This document shows positions 29,251 through 41,483 of a stretch of 64,000 bases of DNA, in pieces; position 1 is the first letter of the stretch, and the number at the start of each line of letters is the position of its first letter. Below the pieces are notes generated by a model. The model searched no databases. It was not told where the DNA came from and saw nothing but the letters and a program-made list of their open reading frames with translations. Both the position numbers and the translations under genes were made by a program. Source of the stretch: an uncultured Candidatus Binatia bacterium (GTDB taxonomy: Bacteria; Desulfobacterota; Binatia; UBA9968; JAJDTQ01); NCBI GenBank assembly GCA_964291295.2, contig OZ219754.1, positions 3,392,001 through 3,456,000 of the forward strand, given 5' to 3'.

Positions 29251-30177
29251 ATGGCGGCAAGGCCTCGCATCGGCGTCAGCAGTTGTCTTCTGGGGAACCC
29301 GGTTCGCCACGACGGCGGACACAGGCGCCATCGCGCCGTGACCGAAACACTGTCGCGCGTCTTCGACATCGTCGCCGTCTGCCCGGAGATGGAAGCGGGC
29401 ATGGGGGTGCCTCGGGAACCCGTGGCCCTGGTCGGAGACCCGCGGGCACCGCGGATGGTCGCCCGGCGGTCGGGCAGGGACTGGAGCGGGATCATGCGAC
29501 GCTACGGGCGACAGCGGGCGGACGAACTCGAGAAGCTGGAAGTGTCCGGGTTCGTTCTGAAGACGGGCTCCCCGAGCTGCGGGCCGGACCGGGTTCCCGT
29601 GTCCGGCGAAGCGCGCCGCCCGGGCAGCGGGCTGTTCGCCCGGGCGCTGCGGGACGCCATGCCGCTGCTGCCGGTGGAGTCCGAAGAGGGCCTTGACGAT
29701 GCGCCGCTGTGCGCGAATTTCGTCGAGCGCGTCCACGCCTACCGGGAATGGCGCGCCTGCACCCGGGAAGGGCCGTCGCTGTCATCGCTCATGGACTTTC
29801 ACGCCTCCCACAAGCTGACCCTTCTGGCCCACAGCGAAAAGCACATGCGCCGGCTCGGGCGGCTCCTGGCCGAGGCCGGGGGCATGTCCCCGGACGCCGT
29901 GACGACCCGATACGGCGCCGCCTTCATGGAGGCCATGAAGCAGCCCGCAACCCGGAGAACCAACACCAACGCGCTGCAGCACCTGGCGGGCTTCCTGTCG
30001 GCCCGGCTGGACCCGGACAGCCGGCAACGGCTCGCCGCGCTGGTGGAGGCCTATCGCCTGGGACGGGCAAGCCTGTCCGCACCCCTGGCCCTGATCCGCC
30101 GCCAGGCGGCCCGGCATCAGGCCCGGCAGGTCCTGTGCCAGAGCTTTCTCGACACCCATCGGATCCCCGAGCCGTGA
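29251..30177 (+). CDS. DUF523/DUF1722 protein (2-thiouracil desulfurase-like + YbgA)
   Basis: IGVSSCLLG, VCPE, SPSCG, FHASHKL.LLAH, NALQHLAG; TATAAT at 29236-29241. Confidence 0.9.
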   Translation: MAARPRIGVSSCLLGNPVRHDGGHRRHRAVTETLSRVFDIVAVCPEMEAGMGVPREPVALVGDPRAPRMVARRSGRDWSGIMRRYGRQRADELEKLEVSGFVLKTGSPSCGPDRVPVSGEARRPGSGLFARALRDAMPLLPVESEEGLDDAPLCANFVERVHAYREWRACTREGPSLSSLMDFHASHKLTLLAHSEKHMRRLGRLLAEAGGMSPDAVTTRYGAAFMEAMKQPATRRTNTNALQHLAGFLSARLDPDSRQRLAALVEAYRLGRASLSAPLALIRRQAARHQARQVLCQSFLDTHRIPEP

Positions 30178-30198
30178 CCGCAAAGACGACCCTGCAGA

Positions 30199-31047
30199 CT
30201 ACCGGACGATCAGGATCGGACAGGCGACGGAGTCCAGAACCCGCTGCCGGTCAGGCTCCTTGAGCGCGGGACAGTCGGCCGCCATCACCAGCACGCCGGT
30301 GCCGGCGTCGCGGGCAAGGCGGCACACTTCCCGGGCCTCGGGACGCGCGCCATGGAGGAACCGGAACTCCACCCCGAGGGGCGCCAACCGCTCCTCCACC
30401 TGCCGTCGCAACGTCTCGGCGCCGGCGTCGGTGTCGGCAAGGACCAGCACGGCGAGCTTCCCCTCGTGGAGGCCGAAGAGATGCAGCCCCGCCTCAAGGG
30501 CGCGGAGGGAACCGGCGCTCCCGTCGCAGCATATCAGCGGAACCCCGGCGGCCCGCACCCCGGGCTTCGATATCAGAACCGAGCGCGGCGCGCTTTCGGC
30601 CGCGGCCCGGGCCGTACGTCCGAGCCGGCCCCTGCCCCACGGGACGGGTTTCCCGGCACCCAGAATCAGCAGGTCGCCGCCGCCCGCCGAGCTGACGACC
30701 TCCGCATCCACCTGGCCCCGGGCAGTGCGGAACGCAAAGGCCACGCGTGCGCTTGCCGCCGCGGCGGCCACGGCCCGGCGGGCGGCGAACTCCTGAACCC
30801 GGGTTTCATCCTCCAGTGCGTCGGCGGTGAAGTCCCGGCCTTTTCCCGTAAGGAAGTGAATCTCCCGGCCCACGGGAAGCCCCGCCAGCCGCACCAGGTT
30901 GACGTCCTGGACAAAGACCCCTTCCAGTTCCGCGTGCAGCCGCGCGGCCAGGCGCGCCGCCTCCTCCAGGGCCGTCCCGGCGTCGGACGGCCCCTCGACG
31001 GCCACCACGATCCGACGCACCTCGAAACCTCCGGGCGGCGGGCTCAC
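30199..31047 (-). CDS. Universal stress protein family
   Basis: RRIVVAVEG, DLLILG, second domain ending ACPILIVR. Confidence 0.8.
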   Translation of the reverse strand: MSPPPGGFEVRRIVVAVEGPSDAGTALEEAARLAARLHAELEGVFVQDVNLVRLAGLPVGREIHFLTGKGRDFTADALEDETRVQEFAARRAVAAAAASARVAFAFRTARGQVDAEVVSSAGGGDLLILGAGKPVPWGRGRLGRTARAAAESAPRSVLISKPGVRAAGVPLICCDGSAGSLRALEAGLHLFGLHEGKLAVLVLADTDAGAETLRRQVEERLAPLGVEFRFLHGARPEAREVCRLARDAGTGVLVMAADCPALKEPDRQRVLDSVACPILIVR

Positions 31048-33494
31048 GGGATCGTCTCCGGCTCGGCGTCGCCGCCCGAGGCCAATGGCCCGGAGGAGCG
31101 GGCAAACTCACGGGAGTGGCGGGCGAACTCCAGCAGTGTGGCCTGGACCTTGCCGTTTACCGTGCCGGCCGGAAAAGTCCCCTGCGGATCCGGCTCCCCC
31201 GCGCTCATGCCGGTGAGGATCTCGATCCCCTGGTCGATGGTCTCCACCGGATGGACATGGAACTCTCCCCGGGCGGCGGCCTCCACCACGTCCCGGCGCA
31301 GCATCAGGTGCTTCACGTTGGACGCGGGAATCAGAACGCCCTGCCGCCCGCTGAGCCCACGGGCCGCACAGATGTCGAAGAACCCCTCAATTTTCTCGTT
31401 GACGCCGCCGATGGCCTGGACCTGGCCGCGCTGGTTGACCGATCCGGTGACCGCCAGGGATTGGCGGATGGGTACCCCGGACAGGGCGGACAGGAGCGCG
31501 TAGAGCTCGGCGGAGGAGGCGCTGTCGCCGTCTACCCCGCCGTAGGACTGTTCGAAGACCAGGCTGGCAGACAGCGCCAGGGGATGGCGGCGGGCGAACC
31601 GCGCGCCGAGAAAGCCCGAGAGGATCAGCACACCCTTGGAGTGGAGCGGCCCCCCCATCTCCACCTCCCGCTCTATGTCCAGCACCTCGCCACGGCCCAG
31701 CCGCACCCGGGCGGTAATGCGGCTGGGCTTGCCGAAGGAGAACTCCCCGAGTTGCAGCACGGAAAGCCCGTTGACCTGGCCCACCGCCTCGCCGCCGGTG
31801 TCGATGAGCAGGGTCTCGCGCAGTATCTGTTCCTGGCTGCGCTCTCGGACACGGTCGGACCGGCGGTTGCGGGCGTCGATGGCCTGCTCCACGTCCCGTG
31901 CCTGGGTCTCGGTGTGGCCGGCCTGGCCAGCCCAGTAGTCGGCCTCGTACAACAGGTCTTCGATGGACCGCAGGCACAGGGTCAGGCGCTCCGCGTCGGC
32001 GGCCAGCCGGGACGCCTGCTCCACCACCCGGGCGGTGGCCTCCCTGGAAACCGGCCGCAGCCCCTCGCGGCGGGCGGTGTCGGCGATCATCCGCGCATAG
32101 CGCGCGGTGTTGCCGCGATCCCTGGGCACCCGATCGTCGAAGTCCGCCGCCACCTTGAAGAGAACCGGGAAATCGGGGTCCAACTGGCTCAGCAGCCAGT
32201 AGATCATGGAATCGCCCAGCAGCACCACCTTGACGTCGAGGGGAATGGGCTGGGGCTGCAAGGTGATGGTGTGAGCGAAGCCCAAGGCCTCGACCAACCC
32301 GTGTATGCGGATCTCGTTGGCCTGGAGCGCACGCTTCATCTCTTCCCAGATGATGGGCTGCATCAACATCTTGCGCGCGTCCACCATCAGGTAACCGCCG
32401 TTGGCGGTGTGGAGCGCGCCGGGCTTGATGAGGGTGAAATCGGTGGTGAGGGCGCCAAACTCGGCCATCTGCTCGATGCGGCCGATGACGTTGCCATAGG
32501 TGGGCAGGTCCTCGTAGACCACGGGCGCGCCCTGCAATCCGCTGTTGTCCACCACGACGTTCACCTGGTAGCGGCGAAAGGATGGCTCGCGCACGCCGCC
32601 CCGCACGCCCGGCGGCAGCGCCCGGCCCTCCGCCGCCCGGAAATCGGGTGCCCGGAAATCGTCGGCGTTCTCCAGCAGGTCCGCGCGCACCTGCCCGATG
32701 TAGTCGAGAACTTCGGGCAGGTCGCCGTAGTCCTTGCTCAACTCCTCGATGAACTGGCCCACCGCGTGGCTCACCACCTCCTGGTTCAGGGTGCGCAGCT
32801 GCTCGCGCCGTTCGCGGTCCCACTGCGGCATCTTCTTGAGGATTTCCTGGAGTTCCTTCTCGAGCCCGGCGATGTCGGTGCGGGCGGCCGCCTGCGCGTC
32901 CTCGGGCCACTGGCGGAATGCCTCGGGGCTGACCACTTCGCCCTTGGCGAGAGGCGCCAGGGCGAGGCCCGCGGGAGTACGGATCAGGCCGACGTTCCGC
33001 GTCTTGGCGCGTTCCTGCAAATCGTTGAACGCGGCTTCCTGGCGTTGGCTGAAGCGGGCCTGGAGGGCCTGTGCCCGGGCCTGGTAGTCCTCGCTCTCGA
33101 ATGCCGCTGGAATGGCGGCGCGGAGTTCCCGGAGGAGTTTCTCCATGTCGCGCCGCAGCGCGCAGCCGCGGCCCGCCGGGAGCCGCAGCGCCCTGGGCTT
33201 GTGGGTCTCCTGGAAGTTGTGGACGTAGCACCAGTCGGGCGGCGCCGGCATGGCTGCCGCCGCCTGTTCGATCTGCCGCCGGGCAAGCGGATACTTGCCC
33301 GTGCCCGGGACGCCGTGGACGAAGATGTTGTAGCCGTGGCGCCGGATGCCGACGCCGAACCGCACCGCGTCGAGGGCCCGCTCCTGGCCGAGGGCATCCG
33401 CCGCCTCGTCGGTCTCGCCGGCGGGAGGCAGGTGGTCGGGATCGCACTTCGTGTAAAGCCGCTCCGGCGGCAAAGGCTCCGGTATGCGCATCAC
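31044..33494 (-). CDS. Lon-like (LonB/AAA_32) protease
   Basis: LGQERA, GVPGTGK, GALHTANGGYL, GQVNGL, VDGDSAS (Ser), GGVNEKIEGF (Lys). Confidence 0.92.
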   Translation of the reverse strand: MMRIPEPLPPERLYTKCDPDHLPPAGETDEAADALGQERALDAVRFGVGIRRHGYNIFVHGVPGTGKYPLARRQIEQAAAAMPAPPDWCYVHNFQETHKPRALRLPAGRGCALRRDMEKLLRELRAAIPAAFESEDYQARAQALQARFSQRQEAAFNDLQERAKTRNVGLIRTPAGLALAPLAKGEVVSPEAFRQWPEDAQAAARTDIAGLEKELQEILKKMPQWDRERREQLRTLNQEVVSHAVGQFIEELSKDYGDLPEVLDYIGQVRADLLENADDFRAPDFRAAEGRALPPGVRGGVREPSFRRYQVNVVVDNSGLQGAPVVYEDLPTYGNVIGRIEQMAEFGALTTDFTLIKPGALHTANGGYLMVDARKMLMQPIIWEEMKRALQANEIRIHGLVEALGFAHTITLQPQPIPLDVKVVLLGDSMIYWLLSQLDPDFPVLFKVAADFDDRVPRDRGNTARYARMIADTARREGLRPVSREATARVVEQASRLAADAERLTLCLRSIEDLLYEADYWAGQAGHTETQARDVEQAIDARNRRSDRVRERSQEQILRETLLIDTGGEAVGQVNGLSVLQLGEFSFGKPSRITARVRLGRGEVLDIEREVEMGGPLHSKGVLILSGFLGARFARRHPLALSASLVFEQSYGGVDGDSASSAELYALLSALSGVPIRQSLAVTGSVNQRGQVQAIGGVNEKIEGFFDICAARGLSGRQGVLIPASNVKHLMLRRDVVEAAARGEFHVHPVETIDQGIEILTGMSAGEPDPQGTFPAGTVNGKVQATLLEFARHSREFARSSGPLASGGDAEPETIP

Positions 33495-33530
33495 GGGTTC
33501 ACGAAGCGGCGCGGCGGGCGCCGCGGTCGC

Positions 33531-34358
33531 TCAGGCCATCCCCTGGCCCATGATTCCATAGTGATACAGGCCCAACTGGGGAATGTTCTCCGGAAAATCG
33601 GGCGTCACCCTCTTGCCGAAGTCCAGCAGGCTGCCGAACTCCACCGACTTCAGGCCGGTACGCTGCCCCAACGCCGAAAGATCGTCGAAACCGGTCAGCC
33701 ATTTCACCTGGAGGGTGTCCTGGAACGCGTCGGTGGTGGCGGTAATCTTGTCGTCGCCCGTGGTGCGGTCGATGATGCTCCTGGCGAAGAAATCGAAGGC
33801 GATCCTGAAGGACCGCACACCCCCGCACAGCCGGTCGAGAAACGCGTAGATCCGCTCCTCCGGAAGGTACATGGTGTTGCCTTCCCAGACCATGAGCATG
33901 GGCGCGTCGAGATCGAACCCCGCCTCCGCCAGCCTGGCCGGCAGATCGACTTCGAGATAGTTGCAGGGTATGCCCGCGCAAGGCGTCACGCCGCGGCCTT
34001 CCAGCACCTTCTCCTTGAAAGCCAGCACCGCGGGCTGGTCCACGTCGCAGAAACGCACGCCCTCGGCCCGAAACACATGCGGCCGCATGTCGAACCCGGA
34101 GCCGAGAATGACCACCTGCCGCATGCCGTCGCCGACCGCGCGGCGGATGATGTCGTCGAACAGCGCCGACCGATAACGGACCAGCTCCAGGCCTTCAGGA
34201 AGCAGCTTGAACACCTGGCCGACCTTCTGCCGAACATCGTCATTGACGAACCACTCTGCGTAGGGATCCTCGAACAGGGGATGCTCCCGACCCTTCTCCT
34301 GCTCCCGGATGCCCGCGATGAAAAATGCGGTGGCACCGACTTCGTTGATGTTCGACAT
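33531..34358 (-). CDS. SAM-dependent methyltransferase (LCM/TIGR00027-like)
   Basis: LFEDPYA, QVVILGSGFDMR, DVDQP, WEG..MYL. Confidence 0.88.
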   Translation of the reverse strand: MSNINEVGATAFFIAGIREQEKGREHPLFEDPYAEWFVNDDVRQKVGQVFKLLPEGLELVRYRSALFDDIIRRAVGDGMRQVVILGSGFDMRPHVFRAEGVRFCDVDQPAVLAFKEKVLEGRGVTPCAGIPCNYLEVDLPARLAEAGFDLDAPMLMVWEGNTMYLPEERIYAFLDRLCGGVRSFRIAFDFFARSIIDRTTGDDKITATTDAFQDTLQVKWLTGFDDLSALGQRTGLKSVEFGSLLDFGKRVTPDFPENIPQLGLYHYGIMGQGMA

Positions 34359-34511
34359 GACCGGCCCTCCCCCTCCTTGATGATAGACGAAAATCGCCGC
34401 CGTTCAACCACGTCGCCGGGCGCTCGCGAAACCGGCCCTGACCGGCACCTCGCCGGCGGTCGGCCGCTCCGGCGCGTCCCCGTCGGGGAATGGGCCGTTA
34501 GCCGTCCGGGG

Positions 34512-35645
34512 TCAGATGGGCGGGCGGCTGTTCTCGCCGTACCCGGTGAGTTCGACGTATCCCTGGCCAAGGCGCGCGCCGCTCCCGGACTCGACCCGGA
34601 CCGAGCCTTCCCAATAGAAAAGGTTCGGGAGCAGCGCGCTGCGGTTCTCCTGATCGGCGAGCCTGGGGGTGATGACCGCGTGGATGCCGGCGCCCGGGAT
34701 ATCGAGTGTCCAGCCGGCGGGATAGGATGCGCCGGTAACGGTACTGGTCCATCGGCCGGTGGACTTCAACCTCCATTCGTCCGGGCGCAGATAGCGGACC
34801 GCACCCGAGGCCTCCACCAGGGTGGCACCGGCGTCCCGGGCATCACCGGCGCGGTTGCGGAGAAGATAGAGCATCACCTCGCGGCCGTCGTCGATCTGCA
34901 GGCTGAACCAGTCCCAGCCGCTGGTGTCCTCGCCAAGCTGGTCGGAGCCGAACTCCTTGTCCATCCAGCTCGTCCCATGGACGGCCAACTCCTTTCCCTC
35001 CAGCCGCACCGTGCCGGTGGTCGCCATGCGGGTGAAGCTGTAGTAGTGGCTCGCCTCGGTGGCACCCGGCCCCTTTCGGCTCAGACCTCCGGGCCCCTGG
35101 AACACCATGGGTTTGAGCGGGCGGGTGGACAGGGTGAAGCCGAAGGATTCCCCGGCGTCGGCCATGGTGAAGTCGAAGCCGCTGCCGTTCCAGTGGAGCT
35201 CCCATGGCTCCGGGGTGCCCGGAGGGCCGACGCTCCAGGCCAGACGGGGGTCCGGGTGGCGACCGAAGCCGGCCAGGAGCGGGGCCGCCCGCACCAGCAG
35301 TTCACTGAATCGGTGACGGCCGGTGTCCAGATCCGTCAACGCGGCATGACCCATGATGACGTCCCTGGCGGCCCAGCCGGAGCCGCCCGGCGGCCTGTCC
35401 TGCGACACCCCGATCCGGAAGAAGGTAAACTGAAACCCGAAACGCCGCACAGGCTCCCCGGCGGTGCGCAGGTGTCCGGTCAGGTACCACCACTCGGTCC
35501 TGTAACCGTCACGGGCCCAGTGGTCCCGGGGAAACGACCACGGGTAGCCGGGTTGGGCCGGGGTCCAGGCCGGGGCGGCGAAGCCGGCCCCTGGCATGAC
35601 CGCGGCCAGCGCGAGGATGCAGGCGATGTTCCTAAGCGTCCGCAT
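34512..35645 (-). CDS. AttH-like / CrtC lipocalin-fold secreted protein
   Basis: FPRDH, EWWYLTG, FGFQFTFFR, YYSF, WMDKE, GWDW, YWEG, GYVELTGY. Confidence 0.9.
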   Translation of the reverse strand: MRTLRNIACILALAAVMPGAGFAAPAWTPAQPGYPWSFPRDHWARDGYRTEWWYLTGHLRTAGEPVRRFGFQFTFFRIGVSQDRPPGGSGWAARDVIMGHAALTDLDTGRHRFSELLVRAAPLLAGFGRHPDPRLAWSVGPPGTPEPWELHWNGSGFDFTMADAGESFGFTLSTRPLKPMVFQGPGGLSRKGPGATEASHYYSFTRMATTGTVRLEGKELAVHGTSWMDKEFGSDQLGEDTSGWDWFSLQIDDGREVMLYLLRNRAGDARDAGATLVEASGAVRYLRPDEWRLKSTGRWTSTVTGASYPAGWTLDIPGAGIHAVITPRLADQENRSALLPNLFYWEGSVRVESGSGARLGQGYVELTGYGENSRPPI

Positions 35646-38162
35646 GACACAGTTCGTTGGCCGGCGTACGACTGGCCTTGAAGGCCGGGTAGAGGCTCGC
35701 CAGCACCGCGGCGCAGACGATGGCCAGAGTTTCCCAGGCCAGCGGCAGCCACGGCCAGCTCCACTCGATGCTCCAGCCGAAGTAGCTCTTCTGGATCACG
35801 AAGATCAGCACCACGCCCACGCCGGCACCGCCGGCGAAACCCAGCGCCAGACCCAGGAACGCCATGGCGGTGCCCTTGCTCACGAACAGCAGGAACACCT
35901 GCCGCCGGAAGGCCCCCAGGGTGCGGTAGAGGGCGATCTCGCCGGCCTTCTCCTGGGCCACCACCAGCAGCGTCAGGGTGATGGCACAGGCGGCGATGAT
36001 CAGACTCATGACCTGAAGAATCCGCGTCACCGCGAAGGTCTGGTCGAAGACGTGGAGCACGTCGGACTTCAGGCCCCGGTTGCTCCGCACCCGCAGGGAA
36101 CCCGGCGGGTGGCGGCTCTCGATGCCGGCTGTCACCGCTTCGGCATCGGCGCCGGGCCTCAGGTGAAGCGCGAGGCTGGTGAGAGGTCCGGCCCCGAGGG
36201 TTGCGGCCATGAGGCCGAGGTCCATGGTCACCGAGCCGCCTTCGGTATAGTCGCGGTAGATGCCGGACACCGGCAGCCGCACCGGCCCTTCCGGGCCCCC
36301 GATCTCCACCGTGTCTCCCACCTTGAGGCCGGCGTTCCGGGACAACGGCTCGCCGATGAGGACGCCCCGGTCCCGGAGTGCGCGCTCCACGGAATCGCGG
36401 CCGGAAAGGAGACCCAGGCGCCGCTGCTCCGCCGAACGTTTCAGGTCCACTCCCACCACCGCCACGCGCCGGCTGCCCACGCGCAGGAACAGCCGGCGCA
36501 GCGGATCGACCCCCCGCACCTCCGGCGCCCGCGCCAGCCGCTCCACGAGCCGCGCGCTCAGGGTGGCCTCCGGCCCGGTCCGGGCGCCGACGGCGGCGGT
36601 GATGTACACGTCGGCGCGCAGCGTGCGGTTCACCCAGCGCACCAGAGTTCCGCGAAAGCTCTCCACCAGCAGCGTGATGCTCACCAGCAGACACACGGCC
36701 ATGGCCAAGGACGAGACCGAGAACGAGGTGTTGGCCAGGGTCGCGCCAAGGCTCCGGACACCGTAGCGGAAACCGAAGTCCGGTATCCGCACCCCACCGG
36801 TGAGGCGCTGCACCAGCCAGGGGGCGAGCAAGGGCAGACTCACCATGATGGCGGTGGAAAGGACGAACCCCGCGGGCCGCCAGCGCCAGCCCGCGAGCCA
36901 GTACCACGCCACCGCCCCGGCCACCAGCACCAGGCCGGCACGGAACAGCACGCCGGCGCGGACGATGTCCGCGGACTGCGCCGGAAACGTGTCCAGCAGT
37001 GCCCGGGTGTCCCGGCGCCAGACGTCCAGCGCGGGCAGCAGCGTGCCGCCGAGGGCGCCGCCGAGACCGGCGCAAACCGCCAGCGCCAAGGTGCCGGCCG
37101 ACACCTCCAGCGACTCGATCTCCCGGAGCATGTAGATGTTCGTCAGGGTCGAACTCACCGCATCCAGATTCCAGATGGCGGTCCAGTAGCCCGCGGCGAT
37201 GCCGATGACCACACCCAGAACCCCCAGCAACGCGGCCTCGCCGAGGATGAGCGCCAGCACCTGGGCCGGGGTGGCGCCCAGGGAGCGCAGCACGCCGAAC
37301 TCCCGGCGCTGCCACACCAGGCAGGCGCGCATGCTGCTGAACACCAGGAATGTGCCCACCAGGAGACTGACCATGCTCAGCGCGGTAAGATTCAGACGGA
37401 AGGCGCCCAGGAGCTGCCGTGCCTGCCCGGTGCGCTCCGACGGCGTGACCGCGTCCACCCGCCCGCCGAGACCGGCTTCAAGGCGCGCCGCCAGCGCCGC
37501 GACCGGGGTGCCTTCGGCCGCCTTGACGCCGATGCGGCGGAGTTTGCCCGCCCCGTCGAAAAGAGACTGGGCCTCGGCGATGTCCATGACAAGGGCGCGG
37601 CGGCTCCCGCCCGCCCCCCAGCGCTGGAAGTCCACCAGGGCGCCGACCTGCAGTGTCCGCACGCGGACGCCGTCACGAACCTCGATGCGGTCCCCCACGG
37701 TCCAACCCATGGCGGCGGCCAGTTCCGGGGTGGCCGCCGCCCAACCGCGCCGGCGGGCGGCGAAACCGGGCTCCGTCTCCGGCGGGAGCCCCGAGAGGGC
37801 GTCCCGGAAGTCGCCGGAAGGTGCCAGCAGATCGATACCCAGCAGCCGCACGAACGTGGCGGTCCGATCCCCAGCGCCACGGTAGTCTCGAAGACCGGCC
37901 AGGCCGCGGCCACCCCCGGCGTGCCACGGACACGCGGGTAGAATTCGTCCCGCAGGGTTCCGCCCTTGCCGGTGACGACGATGTCGGCAGCACCGCCGAC
38001 CGTGCGCACGCCCGCGGCGAACGACGCAACGGCGCTCTGGTTGAGAATGCGGATACTGGTGACCGAGGCCACACCCAAGGCCACGCCCAGAACGGTAAGC
38101 GCGTAGAGCACGGGATTGGTGCGCCAGTGCGCCGACACGGTCCTGTAGAAGTAGCGTCGCAT
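35632..38162 (-). pseudogene. FtsX-like ABC transporter permease (AttF/G-like) with 1-nt frameshift near 37870
   Basis: N-terminus MRRYFY...GVALGVA is in one frame and the body VRLLGIDL... in another; one extra G in the GGGG run (plus-strand CCCC 37869-37872) restores a single ORF. Confidence 0.8.
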
Positions 38163-38172
38163 GATGCCAGGC

Positions 38173-38862
38173 TCAATCCGACTCCGCCTCCAGAATGCCG
38201 CTGTGGAGCCGGAGGGTGCGGTCCGCCAGCGCCGCCAGTTCGCGGCTGTGGGTGGCATAGACCAGGGTGGCGTCCTCTTCCGCCACCATCCCCAGCATGA
38301 GTTCCATCACCGTCTGGCCGCTGGCATCGTCGAGGCTGCCGGTGGGCTCGTCCGCCAGCAACAGGCGGGGTCGCCGCAGCAATGCCCGGCAGATGGCCAC
38401 CCGCTGCATCTCGCCGCCGCTCAGCCCGGCCACCGGATCATCGGCCCGGTCCCCCAGCCCCACCCGCTCCAGCAGCGCCGCCACGCGCTCGCGATAGTCC
38501 CGCAGCCGTACCCCCGCGATGAGGTCCGGCAACGCGACGTTGTCACGCACCGTCAGATGGGGCAGCAGGTGGAACAGTTGGAAGACAAAGCCGATCCGGT
38601 CCCGGCGCAGGCGGGTGCGCGCGGTCTCGCCGAGACCGTCGAGGGGCGTGCCGTGCACCGCCACCGACCCGCGGGAAGGCACATCGATGCCGGCGGCCAG
38701 GTGCAGCAGCGTGGACTTGCCGCTGCCGCTCCGGCCCACGATGGCCACGGTCCCGCCCGGCGGGATATCGAACGAGACGTCGCGCAGCGCGTAGCGCTCC
38801 ACGGAGCCCGCACCGTCGTATACCTTCGAGACGTTGGCGAAGGTGAGCGCCGCCGCGTCCAT
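38173..38862 (-). CDS. ABC transporter ATP-binding protein (LolD/AttE-like)
   Basis: [25 protein letters not shown]. Confidence 0.93.
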   Translation of the reverse strand: MDAAALTFANVSKVYDGAGSVERYALRDVSFDIPPGGTVAIVGRSGSGKSTLLHLAAGIDVPSRGSVAVHGTPLDGLGETARTRLRRDRIGFVFQLFHLLPHLTVRDNVALPDLIAGVRLRDYRERVAALLERVGLGDRADDPVAGLSGGEMQRVAICRALLRRPRLLLADEPTGSLDDASGQTVMELMLGMVAEEDATLVYATHSRELAALADRTLRLHSGILEAESD

Positions 38863-39770
38863 CAGCGCGCGCCGAGCACGTGGCGCAGGCCGTCTTCCAG
38901 CGAACCGTGGCGAAACGTGTAGCCGGAGTCCAGCAGACCGGCGGGCTTGACCCGGGTACTGGCCAGGAGCAGCGCGTCGGCCATCTCGCCGAACGCCAGT
39001 CGGGCGGCGAAACCGGGCAGGGGAAACAGCGTGGGACGCCGCAATACCCGGCCCAGGGTCCTGGTGAACTCGCGGTTGGTGACCGCGGCGGGCGCCACCA
39101 CGTTCACCGGTCCGGTCGCCGATCCGGTCTCCAGGAGATGGCCGACGGCCGCGACGGTATCGTCCAGGGTGACCCAGCTCATGTACTGCCGGCCGTTGCC
39201 GACGATGCCGCCGGCACCGAGCCTGAACGGCGTCAGCATCTTGGCCAGCGCACCGCCGTGCTGGCTGAGCACCACGCCCAGGCGCGCATGCACCACCCGT
39301 ATGCCTTTCTCCGCCGCCGCTTCGGTGGCAGCCTCCCACTCGCGGCACACCTCGGAAAGAAAACCCGTGCCCGGCGCGCTCGCCTCGGTGAGCGTTTCCT
39401 CGCCGCGGTCGCCGTAGATGCCGATGGCCGAGGCGGAGACCAGGACCCGCGGCGGGCGCTGGAGCCCGGCGACGGTCCGGGCCAGCAGGCGTGTTCCGTC
39501 CACGCGGCTGCCCCGGATGCGGCGCTTCTTCTCCGCGTTCCAGCGTCCGGCGGCGATGTTCTCGCCGGCCAGGTGGACCACGCCGTCGAACCCCTCCAGC
39601 GCATCCGCGTCCAGGACGCCTGCGCCCGGGTCCCAGCGGATGTCACCGGCCCCAGGCGCGGACCGCCCAGCGGACCGCCCGATACGCACCACCTCATGAC
39701 CGGCGGCGGCGAGAAACGGCACCAAGGCGCCGCCCACCAGCCCTGACGCTCCCGTGACCAACAACTTCAT
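38862..39770 (-). CDS. TIGR01777 family NAD-dependent epimerase-like oxidoreductase
   Basis: TGASGLVG, HLAGENI, SASAIGIYG, CREWE, GRQYMSW, GPVN. Confidence 0.92.
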   Translation of the reverse strand: MKLLVTGASGLVGGALVPFLAAAGHEVVRIGRSAGRSAPGAGDIRWDPGAGVLDADALEGFDGVVHLAGENIAAGRWNAEKKRRIRGSRVDGTRLLARTVAGLQRPPRVLVSASAIGIYGDRGEETLTEASAPGTGFLSEVCREWEAATEAAAEKGIRVVHARLGVVLSQHGGALAKMLTPFRLGAGGIVGNGRQYMSWVTLDDTVAAVGHLLETGSATGPVNVVAPAAVTNREFTRTLGRVLRRPTLFPLPGFAARLAFGEMADALLLASTRVKPAGLLDSGYTFRHGSLEDGLRHVLGAR

Positions 39771-39801
39771 CAGCGGGCCTCCCTTCGCCTGCGGCGCCCA
39801 C

Positions 39802-39898
39802 GGTTCATCCCCGGGAATTCACCCTTGATGATTCACCCGTGGCACGTCACCCGTGGCCATTCACCTTGGCCATACAACCTTGGCTCCTCACCCAGGGC
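39802..39898. repeat. Degenerate ~14-bp tandem repeat, about 7 units
   Basis: Units such as GATTCACCCGTGGC, ACGTCACCCGTGGC, CATTCACCTTGGC, CATACAACCTTGGC. Confidence 0.75.
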
Positions 39899-40154
39899 GC
39901 TTGCCCCGTCGTTGCCGCCTTCGCGGAAACGACGGATTCGGAAACGACGGATGCGGCGAGCCGCGCCTGCCCCGGTCCGGAGCCAACAACGGAGCCAACC
40001 AGAGTCGTCCGGCACACCCTTTGCATGTTCATTCATGATAGCACTTCCACCCGGTCCGCACAGCGCCGACATGCGATTTGACTTGGCTGCCCCGTCTCCT
40101 TAAACCTTGAGAGGCGAGGATGAAACCATCCTGGCGTTCGTTCCGGGTCCATGC

Positions 40155-40235
40155 CGGACGATTCGCAACGGACCCTTTGTGATGAACGATTTGTAATGGA
40201 CCCTTCGTAATTGGACCCTTTGTAATGGACCCTTC

Positions 40236-40253
<18 letters not shown>
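40155..40253 (+). repeat. ~14-bp tandem repeat (TGGACCCTTYGTAA), about 7 units, running into the trpB start
   Basis: CGGACCCTTTGTGA, TGAACGATTTGTAA, TGGACCCTTCGTAAT, TGGACCCTTTGTAA, TGGACCCTTCGTGC, TGGACCATTTGCTG. Confidence 0.85.

Positions 40254-41479
<1,226 letters not shown>

Positions 41480-41483
<4 letters not shown>

Noticed and set aside
31116-35681. Very long alternative-strand ORFs (also 49370-53878 and 14581-17433)
   Set aside because: Antisense shadows of well-supported genes in GC-rich DNA, with no recognisable motifs
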